Below are positions 45,813 to 55,077 of a DNA stretch of 64,000 nucleotides, piece by piece. The notes beneath the pieces were generated by a model that worked only from the letters and a program-made list of their open reading frames with translations, was not told the origin of the DNA and did no database searches. Each line of letters begins with the position of its first letter. Position 1 is the first letter of the stretch. A program made the translations under genes and the position numbers. The DNA is from an uncultured virus (IMG/VR IMGVR_UViG_3300028394_000067) (Duplodnaviria > Heunggongvirae > Uroviricota > Caudoviricetes): the IMG/VR virus record IMGVR_UViG_3300028394_000067; one strand, written 5' to 3'.

Positions 45813-47336
45813 ATGCCTAGTCGTGAAACTTTTGCTTATCGTCGCGCTCTACAAATGCGAGCGGCGAAAGCGTTTGATAGCGACACTCCAGTGTTGGATA
45901 CTATTTTTACGCGAGCAGCTAACGACTTTCAAACGTTCTGTACGTTGCTTGATAAACCACCAGCAAAGCACATGCTAGAGTGGTACTCACATTTGATCAC
46001 AGGTCAGAGTAATAAGTACTTATTAGATATTGCAGGACAAAACCTTGATATACTATCCCCGAGAGGCTCAGCTAAGTCCACCGTGCTCAATATGTTCACT
46101 GCATGGTGTATAGGACGCCATACAGCAGCAAAAATGCCGCTTCAGATTATTTACATTTCTTACAATATCAACACTGCAATACCTAAAAGTCGAATTATTA
46201 AACAAATTGTTGATTCAACTGAGTTTAAAAAAGTATTTCCCACGTGTCGGCTCAAACCAGGTATGCAGAGCGATGTGGGTTGGTCGATTGATTTTGACTA
46301 CGCGGGTATCTCGCGAGTAGGTGACGAAGAATTTACACTACGCGCTGCAGGACTTAGAGGTTCAATCACATCAAAACGTGCTCATCTGTGCTTCATAGAT
46401 GACCCTATAAAAAGCAGTGCGGACATTCGAAATCCTGTGATCCGTGAAGAAATGAACAATAACTGGTCTTCAGTTATTGCACCTATTATTTTTGAAGGCG
46501 GCAGAGCCATCTGTTTAGGAACTAGGTTTCATCCGCTAGACATCCATAAAACAATGTTTGTACCGGATCGCGGGTGGAAACAAGTCACGCAAGAAGCTTT
46601 GACTTATGACGACCAGAGTGAACCTGAAAGTTATTGGCCAGAGCAGTGGAGTGTTGAGTATTTATTAGGACAGAAAGAACTTGATCCTGTTGCTTTTGCT
46701 TATCAGTACCAACAGCAACCGGTGATGACTTCGGATCTAGTCTTATCGCCAGACTTACTTGTGAAAGGTGATGTTGTAACTGAGTTTGATTCACTTGCGG
46801 TCGGTGTGGATTTATCGGCTAGCAAGAGTGAAACATCAGACTATACTGCGTTCGTCTTGGGCGGTAGGTTAAAAGATAAGTATTATATTATTGACGCACA
46901 TCAGATTCGGACTATAGGAAACCTTGAGAAGATAGATCTATTGTGTAAGATGTTGGTCGAATGGGGCATACTTACAGAAGATGCGGCAGGAGAGTTTTTT
47001 CCGACTTACTCAACTTGTACACTGGTTGTTGAGTCAGTTGCTTACCAAGCCTCGCTTGCTGCAGATCTTCGACGCATTATGTTGACTGATAAAGGACTAG
47101 GTAACATACACATCCACGAAGTCAAAGGTTTCCGTGGTGATAAGGTGTCTCGGTTTAGGGGAACATTAGGTCTATTAGAAAATAAAAAAGTGATATTTAA
47201 TCGGTATCGAAAATTTGATCTATTGTTTGACCAACTAGTTAACATAGGTGCTACATCGCATGACGACTTACTAGATGCATACACTCACTTAGTTTGTTTT
47301 CTTCAACGTCGCGGTAACTTTGAAATGGAGTACTAA
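45813..47336 (+). CDS. terL: Terminase large subunit
   Basis: PRGSAKST, FIDDPIK, LGTRFH..D, YQQQP, GVDLS...SDYTA, VESVAYQ, HDDLLDA. Confidence 0.92.
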   Translation: MPSRETFAYRRALQMRAAKAFDSDTPVLDTIFTRAANDFQTFCTLLDKPPAKHMLEWYSHLITGQSNKYLLDIAGQNLDILSPRGSAKSTVLNMFTAWCIGRHTAAKMPLQIIYISYNINTAIPKSRIIKQIVDSTEFKKVFPTCRLKPGMQSDVGWSIDFDYAGISRVGDEEFTLRAAGLRGSITSKRAHLCFIDDPIKSSADIRNPVIREEMNNNWSSVIAPIIFEGGRAICLGTRFHPLDIHKTMFVPDRGWKQVTQEALTYDDQSEPESYWPEQWSVEYLLGQKELDPVAFAYQYQQQPVMTSDLVLSPDLLVKGDVVTEFDSLAVGVDLSASKSETSDYTAFVLGGRLKDKYYIIDAHQIRTIGNLEKIDLLCKMLVEWGILTEDAAGEFFPTYSTCTLVVESVAYQASLAADLRRIMLTDKGLGNIHIHEVKGFRGDKVSRFRGTLGLLENKKVIFNRYRKFDLLFDQLVNIGATSHDDLLDAYTHLVCFLQRRGNFEMEY

Positions 47337-48211
47337 TGTCAAACAAATTTTTCGTTGCTGTTACAGCACATAATCCTCTAGAGCGGTTTGACGTGCTTCT
47401 GGAGACGTTACGAGCTTATAATAAAATTCCAGGGCACAAAGACTTTTACATTTTTATCGATTTTGAACACAAGCAGGATAAAGATATAGTTTTTGACCTG
47501 CTCGAACCTAATTTAGGTGCTTGCGGTTTAAATATCGTTGTTGCGGAACCTGAATACACAGGTTTTAGTTTAACTTGGGCGCACAAACCTCTTTTGATAC
47601 AAGCCGTTCAAGCAAAAACGCATGATTTTTATGTATATACAGAAAATGATATGCTTTTCACACATAAACATTTTGACTATTGGGTGTCTTGGAAAGATAA
47701 GTTAAAGGAGTTAAACCTAGAACCTGGTTTTTGTCGCTTTGAGCGTTTTAATGAACGTTCCATACCCTTTGATAACTACCGAAGATGGGAGTTAAACGGA
47801 CTTACAAAATCCGTGTGGGGCGAAAGACCGTATAAAGCTCAAACTTTCATAACGCCTTGCGATGATTTTGTTTGTTTTGTATCTCTAGGTAATCCTTATA
47901 TGGGAATGATGATACTAGATCAGGATATGGCTGATGAATACATTGTTTCTAACAGTTGCGATCCTATAAAAAGTTTTAACTTGACGAAATTTCGTTGTTG
48001 GCCGATCGCTGACAGAAGTTCTATGGGACTTGCTTTTGAAAAACTTGATTTTGAACAGGAACATCGCCGTGTTGTGCCTTTGACTAAGGAACGAGGTAAA
48101 ATCCGCATAGCCCCCTGCGGGCTGCTTGAGCACCTAGACACAAAATACAGTAAAGTTTTGTCTACAGAAAATTTATCTTTGTTAGATATAACTCAGATGT
48201 TCAGCGTGTAG
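47336..48211 (+). CDS. Putative glycosyltransferase (GT-A-like)
   Basis: LTWAHK, DFYVYTENDM, NPYMGMMILD. Confidence 0.6.
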   Translation: MSNKFFVAVTAHNPLERFDVLLETLRAYNKIPGHKDFYIFIDFEHKQDKDIVFDLLEPNLGACGLNIVVAEPEYTGFSLTWAHKPLLIQAVQAKTHDFYVYTENDMLFTHKHFDYWVSWKDKLKELNLEPGFCRFERFNERSIPFDNYRRWELNGLTKSVWGERPYKAQTFITPCDDFVCFVSLGNPYMGMMILDQDMADEYIVSNSCDPIKSFNLTKFRCWPIADRSSMGLAFEKLDFEQEHRRVVPLTKERGKIRIAPCGLLEHLDTKYSKVLSTENLSLLDITQMFSV

Positions 48212-48214
48212 TCT

Positions 48215-48496
48215 GTGACCCAATCCGATGCTTTCTTATTCAATGAATTTGATTCTATGGAACCTCTAAAAACTTCAGAAGATCCAGTCAACAGCCCATC
48301 GCACTATACACAAGGTGCTGTCGAGTGTATTGATGCCATTGAGTCTGCTTTAGGTGTTGAAGGGTTTAAAGCGTACTGCCGTGGAGCTTGTTTGAAGTAC
48401 TTGTGGAGAACTGAGCATAAAAACGGTGTTGAGGACTTAAAAAAATGCGCGTGGTATTTGAGACGTTTAATAATTATTTGTGAAAAATACGATTAA
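48215..48496 (+). CDS. DUF3310 / T7 gp1.7-like nucleotide kinase domain protein
   Basis: DPVNSPSHYTQG.VECIDAI...G...KYLWR..HKNGVEDLKKCAWYL. Confidence 0.85.
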   Translation: MTQSDAFLFNEFDSMEPLKTSEDPVNSPSHYTQGAVECIDAIESALGVEGFKAYCRGACLKYLWRTEHKNGVEDLKKCAWYLRRLIIICEKYD

Positions 48497-48518
48497 ACTT
48501 AGAAAAACTTTTGTTGTT

Positions 48519-48800
48519 ATGGACGTTAGAGCTTTTGGATCTGTATACGGGCAATCTTCAACCTTACCTTACGCAAGTGGTTTTCATTATGTGCCTGCAA
48601 GTGGGTTAAAACGTTTTTCTGCCGCCCGTGGATTTTATATTATGACTGATGCTGGTCAAGATCAATACCTAACAGTTGAGATGACTGATACACCCGGTCA
48701 GCAGATCCCATTAGTGCGGTTGAATACTGAGTCAATTGTACCTATGTCTATAACAGCTATTCATAGTGGTACTGTTCACAATGTTATTGTTTTCTACTGA
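48519..48800 (+). CDS. Small virion-type protein
   Basis: Likely ATG at 48519 (MDVRAFGS); beta-rich. Confidence 0.55.
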   Translation: MDVRAFGSVYGQSSTLPYASGFHYVPASGLKRFSAARGFYIMTDAGQDQYLTVEMTDTPGQQIPLVRLNTESIVPMSITAIHSGTVHNVIVFY

Positions 48801-49084
48801 TGAACTCTTTTAACAACGCTGCTTTTGGGTTTTCAAAAAACTATCAAGAGCAAATGAACGCCGCTGATGCGCAGCGTCGAGCCAATCAATCGGCTGATTC
48901 AGCATTTGCTGAAATGTCGGCAGAGGATGAAACGTCACTAACAGGTCAGCCACAGCCATCTCTGAATCCCGGTGGGTATTCTGCCGATACAAATTCTTCA
49001 GAATTTGATCAAAATACAAACGCAGATGTAAATCTTTTGACAAGAGCTAAGCGTCGTGCAGCTAAATATCTAGGACAGAGCTAA
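48800..49084 (+). CDS. Hypothetical protein
   Basis: 94-aa ORF. Confidence 0.6.
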   Translation: MNSFNNAAFGFSKNYQEQMNAADAQRRANQSADSAFAEMSAEDETSLTGQPQPSLNPGGYSADTNSSEFDQNTNADVNLLTRAKRRAAKYLGQS

Positions 49085-49115
49085 GCTACTATAGTGGCAC
49101 CCGCTCAGGCGATCT

Positions 49116-49931
49116 ATGCTTATCGATTGCTTTCCGTATTTTAACGAGAAAGAACTACTAGAACTCCGTATCAGGACTCTTGAAGATTACGTTGACGGAT
49201 TTTTAATAACAGACGCCAACAGAACGCATCGGGGTGATGAAAAGCCTTTTACCTGCGTCGATACTCTTAAAGAACTCGGTATCGACGACAGTAAAGTTCA
49301 AGTCTTACACGTTGAACTACCTTCTATTGAGGAAGCACCAGATCCGTGGTTGCGTGAGCGAGCCCAGCGCGATGCTTTAGGTGTTGGGCTTCATATGTGT
49401 TCAGACGAAACGTTCTTTATTTGCTCCGACTGTGATGAGCTAGTCAATCCTCTTAAATTAGATAAGCTAAAAACCGCAGCTGAAACTTCAAAGCAAGTAG
49501 TGCGGGCTAGCATGTCTATGCACTATGGACGCGCTGATCGGCAGTTAATAACTCCTGATGGTGTTTTGCATGAGTGGCAACGAGCTTTTGTTTCTACGGT
49601 TGGTTTTTTAAAAAAACACAGCACACTCTCCGTAATGAGAGAGAGCCAGGATAATCTGTATCTAGGTGAAAGAGATTTTGGTTGGCATTTAAGTTGGATG
49701 GGTGACGGTGTCCGACGAAAGAATAAACTCAGATCTATTGCTGAGTACTATATGTGGGACACACCAGACGTACAGCGCAGATGTGACATGTTTGAACCCC
49801 AAGAGGGAAACCTCGATATGCTGGGGCGTGACGATCACTTAATTACCACTTATCCTTTAAGCGCTCTGCCCTCAAAATTATTTGAGTTGGAGCGCGTCAA
49901 AACCTATCTCCTTCCTGAAAATGTTAATTGA
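49116..49931 (+). CDS. GT17 (GnT-III-like) glycosyltransferase, copy 1
   Basis: MLIDCFPYFNEKELLELRI, TH.G..KP, RERAQRD, SDCDE, GWHLSWMG. Confidence 0.8.
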   Translation: MLIDCFPYFNEKELLELRIRTLEDYVDGFLITDANRTHRGDEKPFTCVDTLKELGIDDSKVQVLHVELPSIEEAPDPWLRERAQRDALGVGLHMCSDETFFICSDCDELVNPLKLDKLKTAAETSKQVVRASMSMHYGRADRQLITPDGVLHEWQRAFVSTVGFLKKHSTLSVMRESQDNLYLGERDFGWHLSWMGDGVRRKNKLRSIAEYYMWDTPDVQRRCDMFEPQEGNLDMLGRDDHLITTYPLSALPSKLFELERVKTYLLPENVN

Positions 49932-50730
49932 TTGTTTTCCTTATTTTAACGAACGCGAGTTACTTGAATTACGCATTTCCTTATTAAAGGATCATGTCGA
50001 TGGTTTTTTAATTGCAGATGCGGACCGAACTCATAGAGGAGAGCCAAAGGCTTTTACTTGTGCCGAAACCATTAAGGAGTTAGGTTTACCTGCTGATCTG
50101 ATCGAGGTTATCCACGTCAAACTTCCGCCTGTTGACGAAGAACCGGATCATTGGGTTCGCGAGCGTGGACAACGTGACGCCCTTGGCGTTTATCTCGCAG
50201 AAATGCCAAAAAATGCTGTTTTTATTTGTTCTGACTGTGACGAACTCCCTAACCCAGCAAAATTTGAACAGATAAAAACTGAACTTGAGGCAAATCCTGA
50301 TGCAATTTTAGGTTTGGATATGTCCATGCACTACGGGAGGGCAGATTTACAGCTCTGTACTCCCCTTGGTGAGCTTTTTCACTGGCATTGTGCAACGATC
50401 TGCACTGCAGGAAGACTTGCTTCATTAGGATCTATAACAAATGTTCGTCGTCAGACTACACGTAAGGTAATAGGAGACCGTGATGCTGGGTGGCATTTAA
50501 GTTGGATGGGTGACTCTGAAAGGAGACTTAAAAAACTTAAATCTTACGCACATTGGGAGACCGATATGCCTACTGTTGTTGAGACCTGTAAGACATTTGA
50601 AGCGGTACCTGGCAATATAGACATGTTGGGTCGAGAAGATCATATGCTTACTGCGTTTCCAATGGAAAATTTACCGCTAGAAGCGGTTACACTGGAAAGA
50701 GTCAGAAAGTATCTTCTTCCAGATGACTAA
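49921..50730 (+). CDS. GT17 (GnT-III-like) glycosyltransferase, copy 2
   Basis: Same motifs as copy 1; ATG at 49921. Confidence 0.8.
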   Translation: MLIDCFPYFNERELLELRISLLKDHVDGFLIADADRTHRGEPKAFTCAETIKELGLPADLIEVIHVKLPPVDEEPDHWVRERGQRDALGVYLAEMPKNAVFICSDCDELPNPAKFEQIKTELEANPDAILGLDMSMHYGRADLQLCTPLGELFHWHCATICTAGRLASLGSITNVRRQTTRKVIGDRDAGWHLSWMGDSERRLKKLKSYAHWETDMPTVVETCKTFEAVPGNIDMLGREDHMLTAFPMENLPLEAVTLERVRKYLLPDD

Positions 50731-50734
50731 TAAA

Positions 50735-50881
50735 ATGCCCGCTGAGCTCTTGAAAAAGTTTCAAGAGAAAAATCAAGGGGACAAAGAATCAAAGGGTGGT
50801 GAACCCCGTGGCAAAGAAGAATCACGTAAGAGGGCTTTAGCAAAAGCCCGTAAGGCCAAACAGATGGCAGCCAAGAAGTAA
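50735..50881 (+). CDS. Small basic protein (48 aa; not in ORF track)
   Basis: MPAELLKKFQEK...RKRALAKARKAKQMAAKK. Confidence 0.6.
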   Translation: MPAELLKKFQEKNQGDKESKGGEPRGKEESRKRALAKARKAKQMAAKK

Positions 50882-50908
50882 TCTTTAATCGTTTTGTCCT
50901 TAACTTGA

Positions 50909-53134
50909 ATGTCTGCGAGCTCAACTGAGACCAGAAAACGGTTTAATGAGATTCTGGAGGCTTCACGCACCCAGGATCGAAGCAACCAATCGGCCACGAT
51001 GGTTGTTTTAAGCCATTTACAGCAGATGACTCTTCTTATGATTAAGAAGGGTGTAACATTCTACTGTGATCAAGATACGTATAAAAGTCGTTCAAAGTTT
51101 CTAGACAACGTTATAAAACTGAATAAAATTGATATTCGATTTCCTTCGATTATCAGGAATTTCTTAATTGATGGTGCTGGTCTCTTTTATTTTCGCCCTG
51201 ACCCAAAGTTAAAGTACCAGATTTACTTTTTTAACAAAAATCAATATCGCGTTTATCACGATGTAAACGGCGAAGTAGAAGAAGTAATCATTATCTACAG
51301 CTATAAAGTTAAAAACAGTACTTTAGGTCTACCTAGTAATGCGTATGGACAAAACAAACGATACGTTCGACTTTCTATTACAGCTGAGGAGATTAGTGAG
51401 GTCGAAACTGATAGTGAATTAAGTTTTGAGCTTGAACCAGGTGCAATTTTAACTCCAAGTAAAAAAAGACCTAACATGCTTGGTTTTATACCAGCTGTTG
51501 AGGTATTAAACAAACCAAACGCAAGCGGGACAGAAGGAGAAGGCGAGTTTGATCCCTTTATGGAGCAGATTGTTCTCCACGATCAACTTGCACGGAACAT
51601 TTCTAAAAATATTGAATTTTTTGGTAATCCAACGTTAATTAGTTCCCGTCCCCGTAGTGATCTTGTCGAAGCGTCAGATAGTCAGTCAACTTTTAGACCT
51701 ACGATCAGCAGTCAGAGTGGTTTTTCTGGAGTCGATAGCCCGTCGACAAGAGTAAGTGAACCTTTCGGCGCCTCGATGGGTGGTGGCCTGCGTGTTCCGC
51801 GAATTATTGCGAACGTAGAACCTTCCGACCGTGTGGGCTATATGACACCTGACCCCGTTAACGGGGACATGAGCAGATATCTTCTGTTGTTAAGGGAAGA
51901 GATACGTACTGCACTTGGCGGTGTTGACGAAATTTCAATTTCAGCCGGGGCTACTGCGACTGAAATTAAAGGTTTGATGGGTCGAGCGCAGGCCACGGCG
52001 TTAAGAAAAAATAAATCATTCCTTGTGTACGGCTTTAATCGTCTTTTAGAAATGATGATTTACCACCAAGAATTAATATTTCGAGAGTCATTTGTAGCTG
52101 CTTCCGGGTTGAAAGAACCAAAACCTCCGACAGAACAAACACCCGAAGCAATTGAAAAGTATCAAACTGCAAACGTAAAGTTTGAAGGAAAGTTAGAGCA
52201 GGTGATGAAGATGGCTCTAGCAGAGAATAAAGTACCCCGTGGGGTTATTGGACTACCAGAGGATGGTGATCGTACAGTTACTTATAGATATCAAGGTGAT
52301 GTTTATGAAGATACCGCTTACGATGTAAACCAAAAATCTATTGTTGTTCGTAACCTACAAGAGCTGGGAGTTGATAGTATAGAAGCGTTGAAGTTCTTAT
52401 TTCCAGAAAAAACTGATGCTGAACGGGCTGAGATGTTGAAGGGTTTCCCTTTCCGTATGGTTCAACAAACTCAGTCAGCTATGCAACAATTTCTGGTATT
52501 ATTAAACCAGATGTTGCAATCTCCTCATCCGCTTGCGCCTAACCAACCGCTTGCAGCTGATCCGAGATTGAATATCACTCCGCTAATCTATAGAACTTTC
52601 GACCATCTCGCGGAAGAACTAACCTACTCGGGTAGCTATGAGCCAGCAGATCCAAGCTTCGACCCCGAGCCCGGTCTCCCAGGCAGTAGCCTCGGACCAG
52701 GGCTCAACCGCTTACCCCCAGTGGGTAACCCAAACGCCTACCCCGGCGGTAGCTTCGGCAGCTACAGCCCACTTGCCGTCGCCGGGAATACCGACTACGG
52801 GGCCTACTACCAACAGCCAGTACAACCAGTTAACGTCGCCGTCCTCCCCCAACAATCCGTGGGAAGCAGCGATGGGTTCACTGGAGCGGGTGCTTACGCA
52901 GATCAACCCGCCGTACCCCAGCCAGGCTCAACCGTCGCCCTACCAGGTGGCACAGCCGCAGGTTACTCAACAGAGCAATCTGGCTTCACAGGTCCAACCT
53001 TGGGCTTACCAGGCACAGCAGGTAGCGCAGACCTTGCCTACCAGCGTCTCACCGACCCAGGTTTCCTCGCAGACTTCTACGGCCCCACAAAGCGGCCCAC
53101 ACGGTCTAAGCCCCGCAACTCACGCCGTAGTTAA
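50909..53134 (+). CDS. Portal protein with low-complexity C-terminal extension
   Basis: 741 aa between TerL and scaffold/MCP; FIPAVE..N, ISAGATATEI. Assignment is mainly positional. Confidence 0.65.
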   Translation: MSASSTETRKRFNEILEASRTQDRSNQSATMVVLSHLQQMTLLMIKKGVTFYCDQDTYKSRSKFLDNVIKLNKIDIRFPSIIRNFLIDGAGLFYFRPDPKLKYQIYFFNKNQYRVYHDVNGEVEEVIIIYSYKVKNSTLGLPSNAYGQNKRYVRLSITAEEISEVETDSELSFELEPGAILTPSKKRPNMLGFIPAVEVLNKPNASGTEGEGEFDPFMEQIVLHDQLARNISKNIEFFGNPTLISSRPRSDLVEASDSQSTFRPTISSQSGFSGVDSPSTRVSEPFGASMGGGLRVPRIIANVEPSDRVGYMTPDPVNGDMSRYLLLLREEIRTALGGVDEISISAGATATEIKGLMGRAQATALRKNKSFLVYGFNRLLEMMIYHQELIFRESFVAASGLKEPKPPTEQTPEAIEKYQTANVKFEGKLEQVMKMALAENKVPRGVIGLPEDGDRTVTYRYQGDVYEDTAYDVNQKSIVVRNLQELGVDSIEALKFLFPEKTDAERAEMLKGFPFRMVQQTQSAMQQFLVLLNQMLQSPHPLAPNQPLAADPRLNITPLIYRTFDHLAEELTYSGSYEPADPSFDPEPGLPGSSLGPGLNRLPPVGNPNAYPGGSFGSYSPLAVAGNTDYGAYYQQPVQPVNVAVLPQQSVGSSDGFTGAGAYADQPAVPQPGSTVALPGGTAAGYSTEQSGFTGPTLGLPGTAGSADLAYQRLTDPGFLADFYGPTKRPTRSKPRNSRRS

Positions 53135-53555
53135 CCACTTCGGTATCGAGGCTCCCGGCATTCTCAATCAGTACTCTTGTGCTCTTGAGGACATGCTGAT
53201 GGATCAGGCGGGTCGTATGGATAATCTCGCACTGCGTCACGACGCTATGGAGACTATCTTGACCAATCCCGATCACTTAGCCAACTATACTGACCGCTTC
53301 TTCACTGAAGTCTATCCTGTGGACATTGACTCTCCCGGACAAGGTCAACAGGCTCCCCAGGCTTATCAGCCCAGGTACGATATGCCCGCACCCCCTGCTA
53401 ATGCCGGTGGGTCTACTCAGGCACCAGCTCCTCAACAACAATGGGAGACTTTTGGTGACGTGATGAATCGCAGCCCAGAGAACGCTTGGCGTTATCTCAG
53501 TCAAATTGGGCCCGAAGCTCTTCGCAGCAAGCTCCTGTTCATGGATGCTTCTTAG
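52638..53555 (+). CDS. Putative capsid scaffolding protein
   Basis: Q/P/S/T-rich N-terminus, central coiled coil, folded C-terminal motif; lies between portal and MCP. Confidence 0.6.
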   Translation: MSQQIQASTPSPVSQAVASDQGSTAYPQWVTQTPTPAVASAATAHLPSPGIPTTGPTTNSQYNQLTSPSSPNNPWEAAMGSLERVLTQINPPYPSQAQPSPYQVAQPQVTQQSNLASQVQPWAYQAQQVAQTLPTSVSPTQVSSQTSTAPQSGPHGLSPATHAVVNHFGIEAPGILNQYSCALEDMLMDQAGRMDNLALRHDAMETILTNPDHLANYTDRFFTEVYPVDIDSPGQGQQAPQAYQPRYDMPAPPANAGGSTQAPAPQQQWETFGDVMNRSPENAWRYLSQIGPEALRSKLLFMDAS

Positions 53556-53578
53556 TAACGTTAGATGGTCGAAATTGT

Positions 53579-53607
53579 CTCCCTCGGAAACGGGGGAGCT
53601 TTTTTTT
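53579..53607 (+). terminator. Rho-independent terminator
   Basis: CTCCCTCG-GAAA-CGGGGGAG followed by C-T8. Confidence 0.85.
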
Positions 53608-53636
53608 GCTAATGTACAAGTACCAACTGATTAATT

Positions 53637-53801
53637 ATGAGAGCTTTAGGAACCTTGCGTCGTAAGCCAAGTTTAGAAAAAGAAGTTCAAGAGGTTGTTG
53701 TTAATCAACCCCTTGAGGTTGTCACTCCTGTGCTTCCTCCTGCACCCCAAGCTCAAGTTGAGCTGTCGTCTGATTTTGATGGATCTGTGGAGCTCAGCTG
53801 A
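53637..53801 (+). CDS. Small hypothetical protein (54 aa; not in ORF track)
   Basis: MRALGTLRRKPSLEKEV...SDFDGSVELS. Confidence 0.5.
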   Translation: MRALGTLRRKPSLEKEVQEVVVNQPLEVVTPVLPPAPQAQVELSSDFDGSVELS

Positions 53802-54115
53802 AGCTTACGTAATCTTTTTTGGATTTCGTATTCAAAGTATTTTTCAGCTGCGTTAAGCATACGAATTCCGGCATAACCGCAGATAAAAGAGGCCGCGATG
53901 GCTTCATTTCTTGTTAATTTAAATTTATCGTGAAAAACTGGACTAATAAATGTAGCTAGGAATAATCCGACAACAGTTGTTTTAACAAGGTACACAACAA
54001 GTTTGGATCGCTTTTGTGGGTGCACGAGAGAATCCGTTAAAGAACCCGAAAAACAGGCTATCGAAGCTTCTGGGTCTTCAAAAAATATTGTTAGAAATCT
54101 TTCTGCGTTGACCAT
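53753..54115 (-). CDS. Holin-like membrane protein
   Basis: 2-3 TM segments (VGLFLATFISP, AIAASFICGYAG) and a charged C-terminus. Confidence 0.55.
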   Translation of the reverse strand: MVNAERFLTIFFEDPEASIACFSGSLTDSLVHPQKRSKLVVYLVKTTVVGLFLATFISPVFHDKFKLTRNEAIAASFICGYAGIRMLNAAEKYFEYEIQKRLRKLQLSSTDPSKSDDSST

Positions 54116-54177
54116 TAGGATAGATAACTTCTTTACAGATTGTAGAGGAGTAGAATTAATTTATACGCTAAAACAAC

Positions 54178-54993
54178 ATGGTTTACACTCCTTTAACAAA
54201 CTGGCGCTATGATAATAGTCTTTATCACCGAATACAATCGGGACCACAGCGTACAGGGGATAACTTAAACTTAACTGATACATATAAAGTACTATCAAGT
54301 GGCTACATGCTGCCTAGTGGAGTTCAGCAGACATGGTTTGGTGTAAATCTTGAAGGCGCTGACTTTGGTTTAATCCCCGTGGGGCCACCAAACATAAGTG
54401 GGTACTTGAATACGGAGTGGAGGGCAGTACCACCTGCTATTTCTGGTTACTGGACTAATTATGAAAATACACTGCCTCACGCTTCCGGTTTATTAGACAC
54501 CTATGTTGGCTTTAGGGCTCAAGGTAGGTACAGCGTTGCTGGTCGCACTGTCCAAACAGCTTTAGGTCCTCAACCTGGACTAAAAGATTTTGGTACCTAT
54601 ACGTGGTTTGGAGCTAGTGTTCCTGACAATCAAAATTATGATCCTTTTAAAACACCAAACAGTAATAATCCGTACGAATACGATTCAGATTTAGGTGCTT
54701 TTGTAGGTAACGGGATCACAGGCGGTCCCGGATCTTTTCAACGCGTTCGTTATCCTGCTTTGACAAACCCAACGAACGACACATCAGGTTCTCGCGCTGC
54801 GTGGGTTTATAGTCCTCCTGTATATTGTCAAGTGTTTACGGAAGCAATTCGTAGTGATTTGCCGGGTCAAATGAGTGTTGTGTCTCGTACTAGCTATCGA
54901 GGTAAATCGACAAGATACGTGCCTAACTACGGATCTGTGTACGGTGTGTTAGGTGAAGGTGTTAGAAATATGATCCGTAAAGTAGCTGGTTAA
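54178..54993 (+). CDS. Putative virion structural protein
   Basis: 271 aa, G/Y/T/P-rich, directly upstream of the MCP. Confidence 0.55.
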   Translation: MVYTPLTNWRYDNSLYHRIQSGPQRTGDNLNLTDTYKVLSSGYMLPSGVQQTWFGVNLEGADFGLIPVGPPNISGYLNTEWRAVPPAISGYWTNYENTLPHASGLLDTYVGFRAQGRYSVAGRTVQTALGPQPGLKDFGTYTWFGASVPDNQNYDPFKTPNSNNPYEYDSDLGAFVGNGITGGPGSFQRVRYPALTNPTNDTSGSRAAWVYSPPVYCQVFTEAIRSDLPGQMSVVSRTSYRGKSTRYVPNYGSVYGVLGEGVRNMIRKVAG

Positions 54994-55077
54994 ACCACTA
55001 AGATTGCGACACGTTTTAGTTATATCAGCAGGATAAAAGGTTAATATAACTCTTGTAGTTTCTTCGAGAATTTATCG

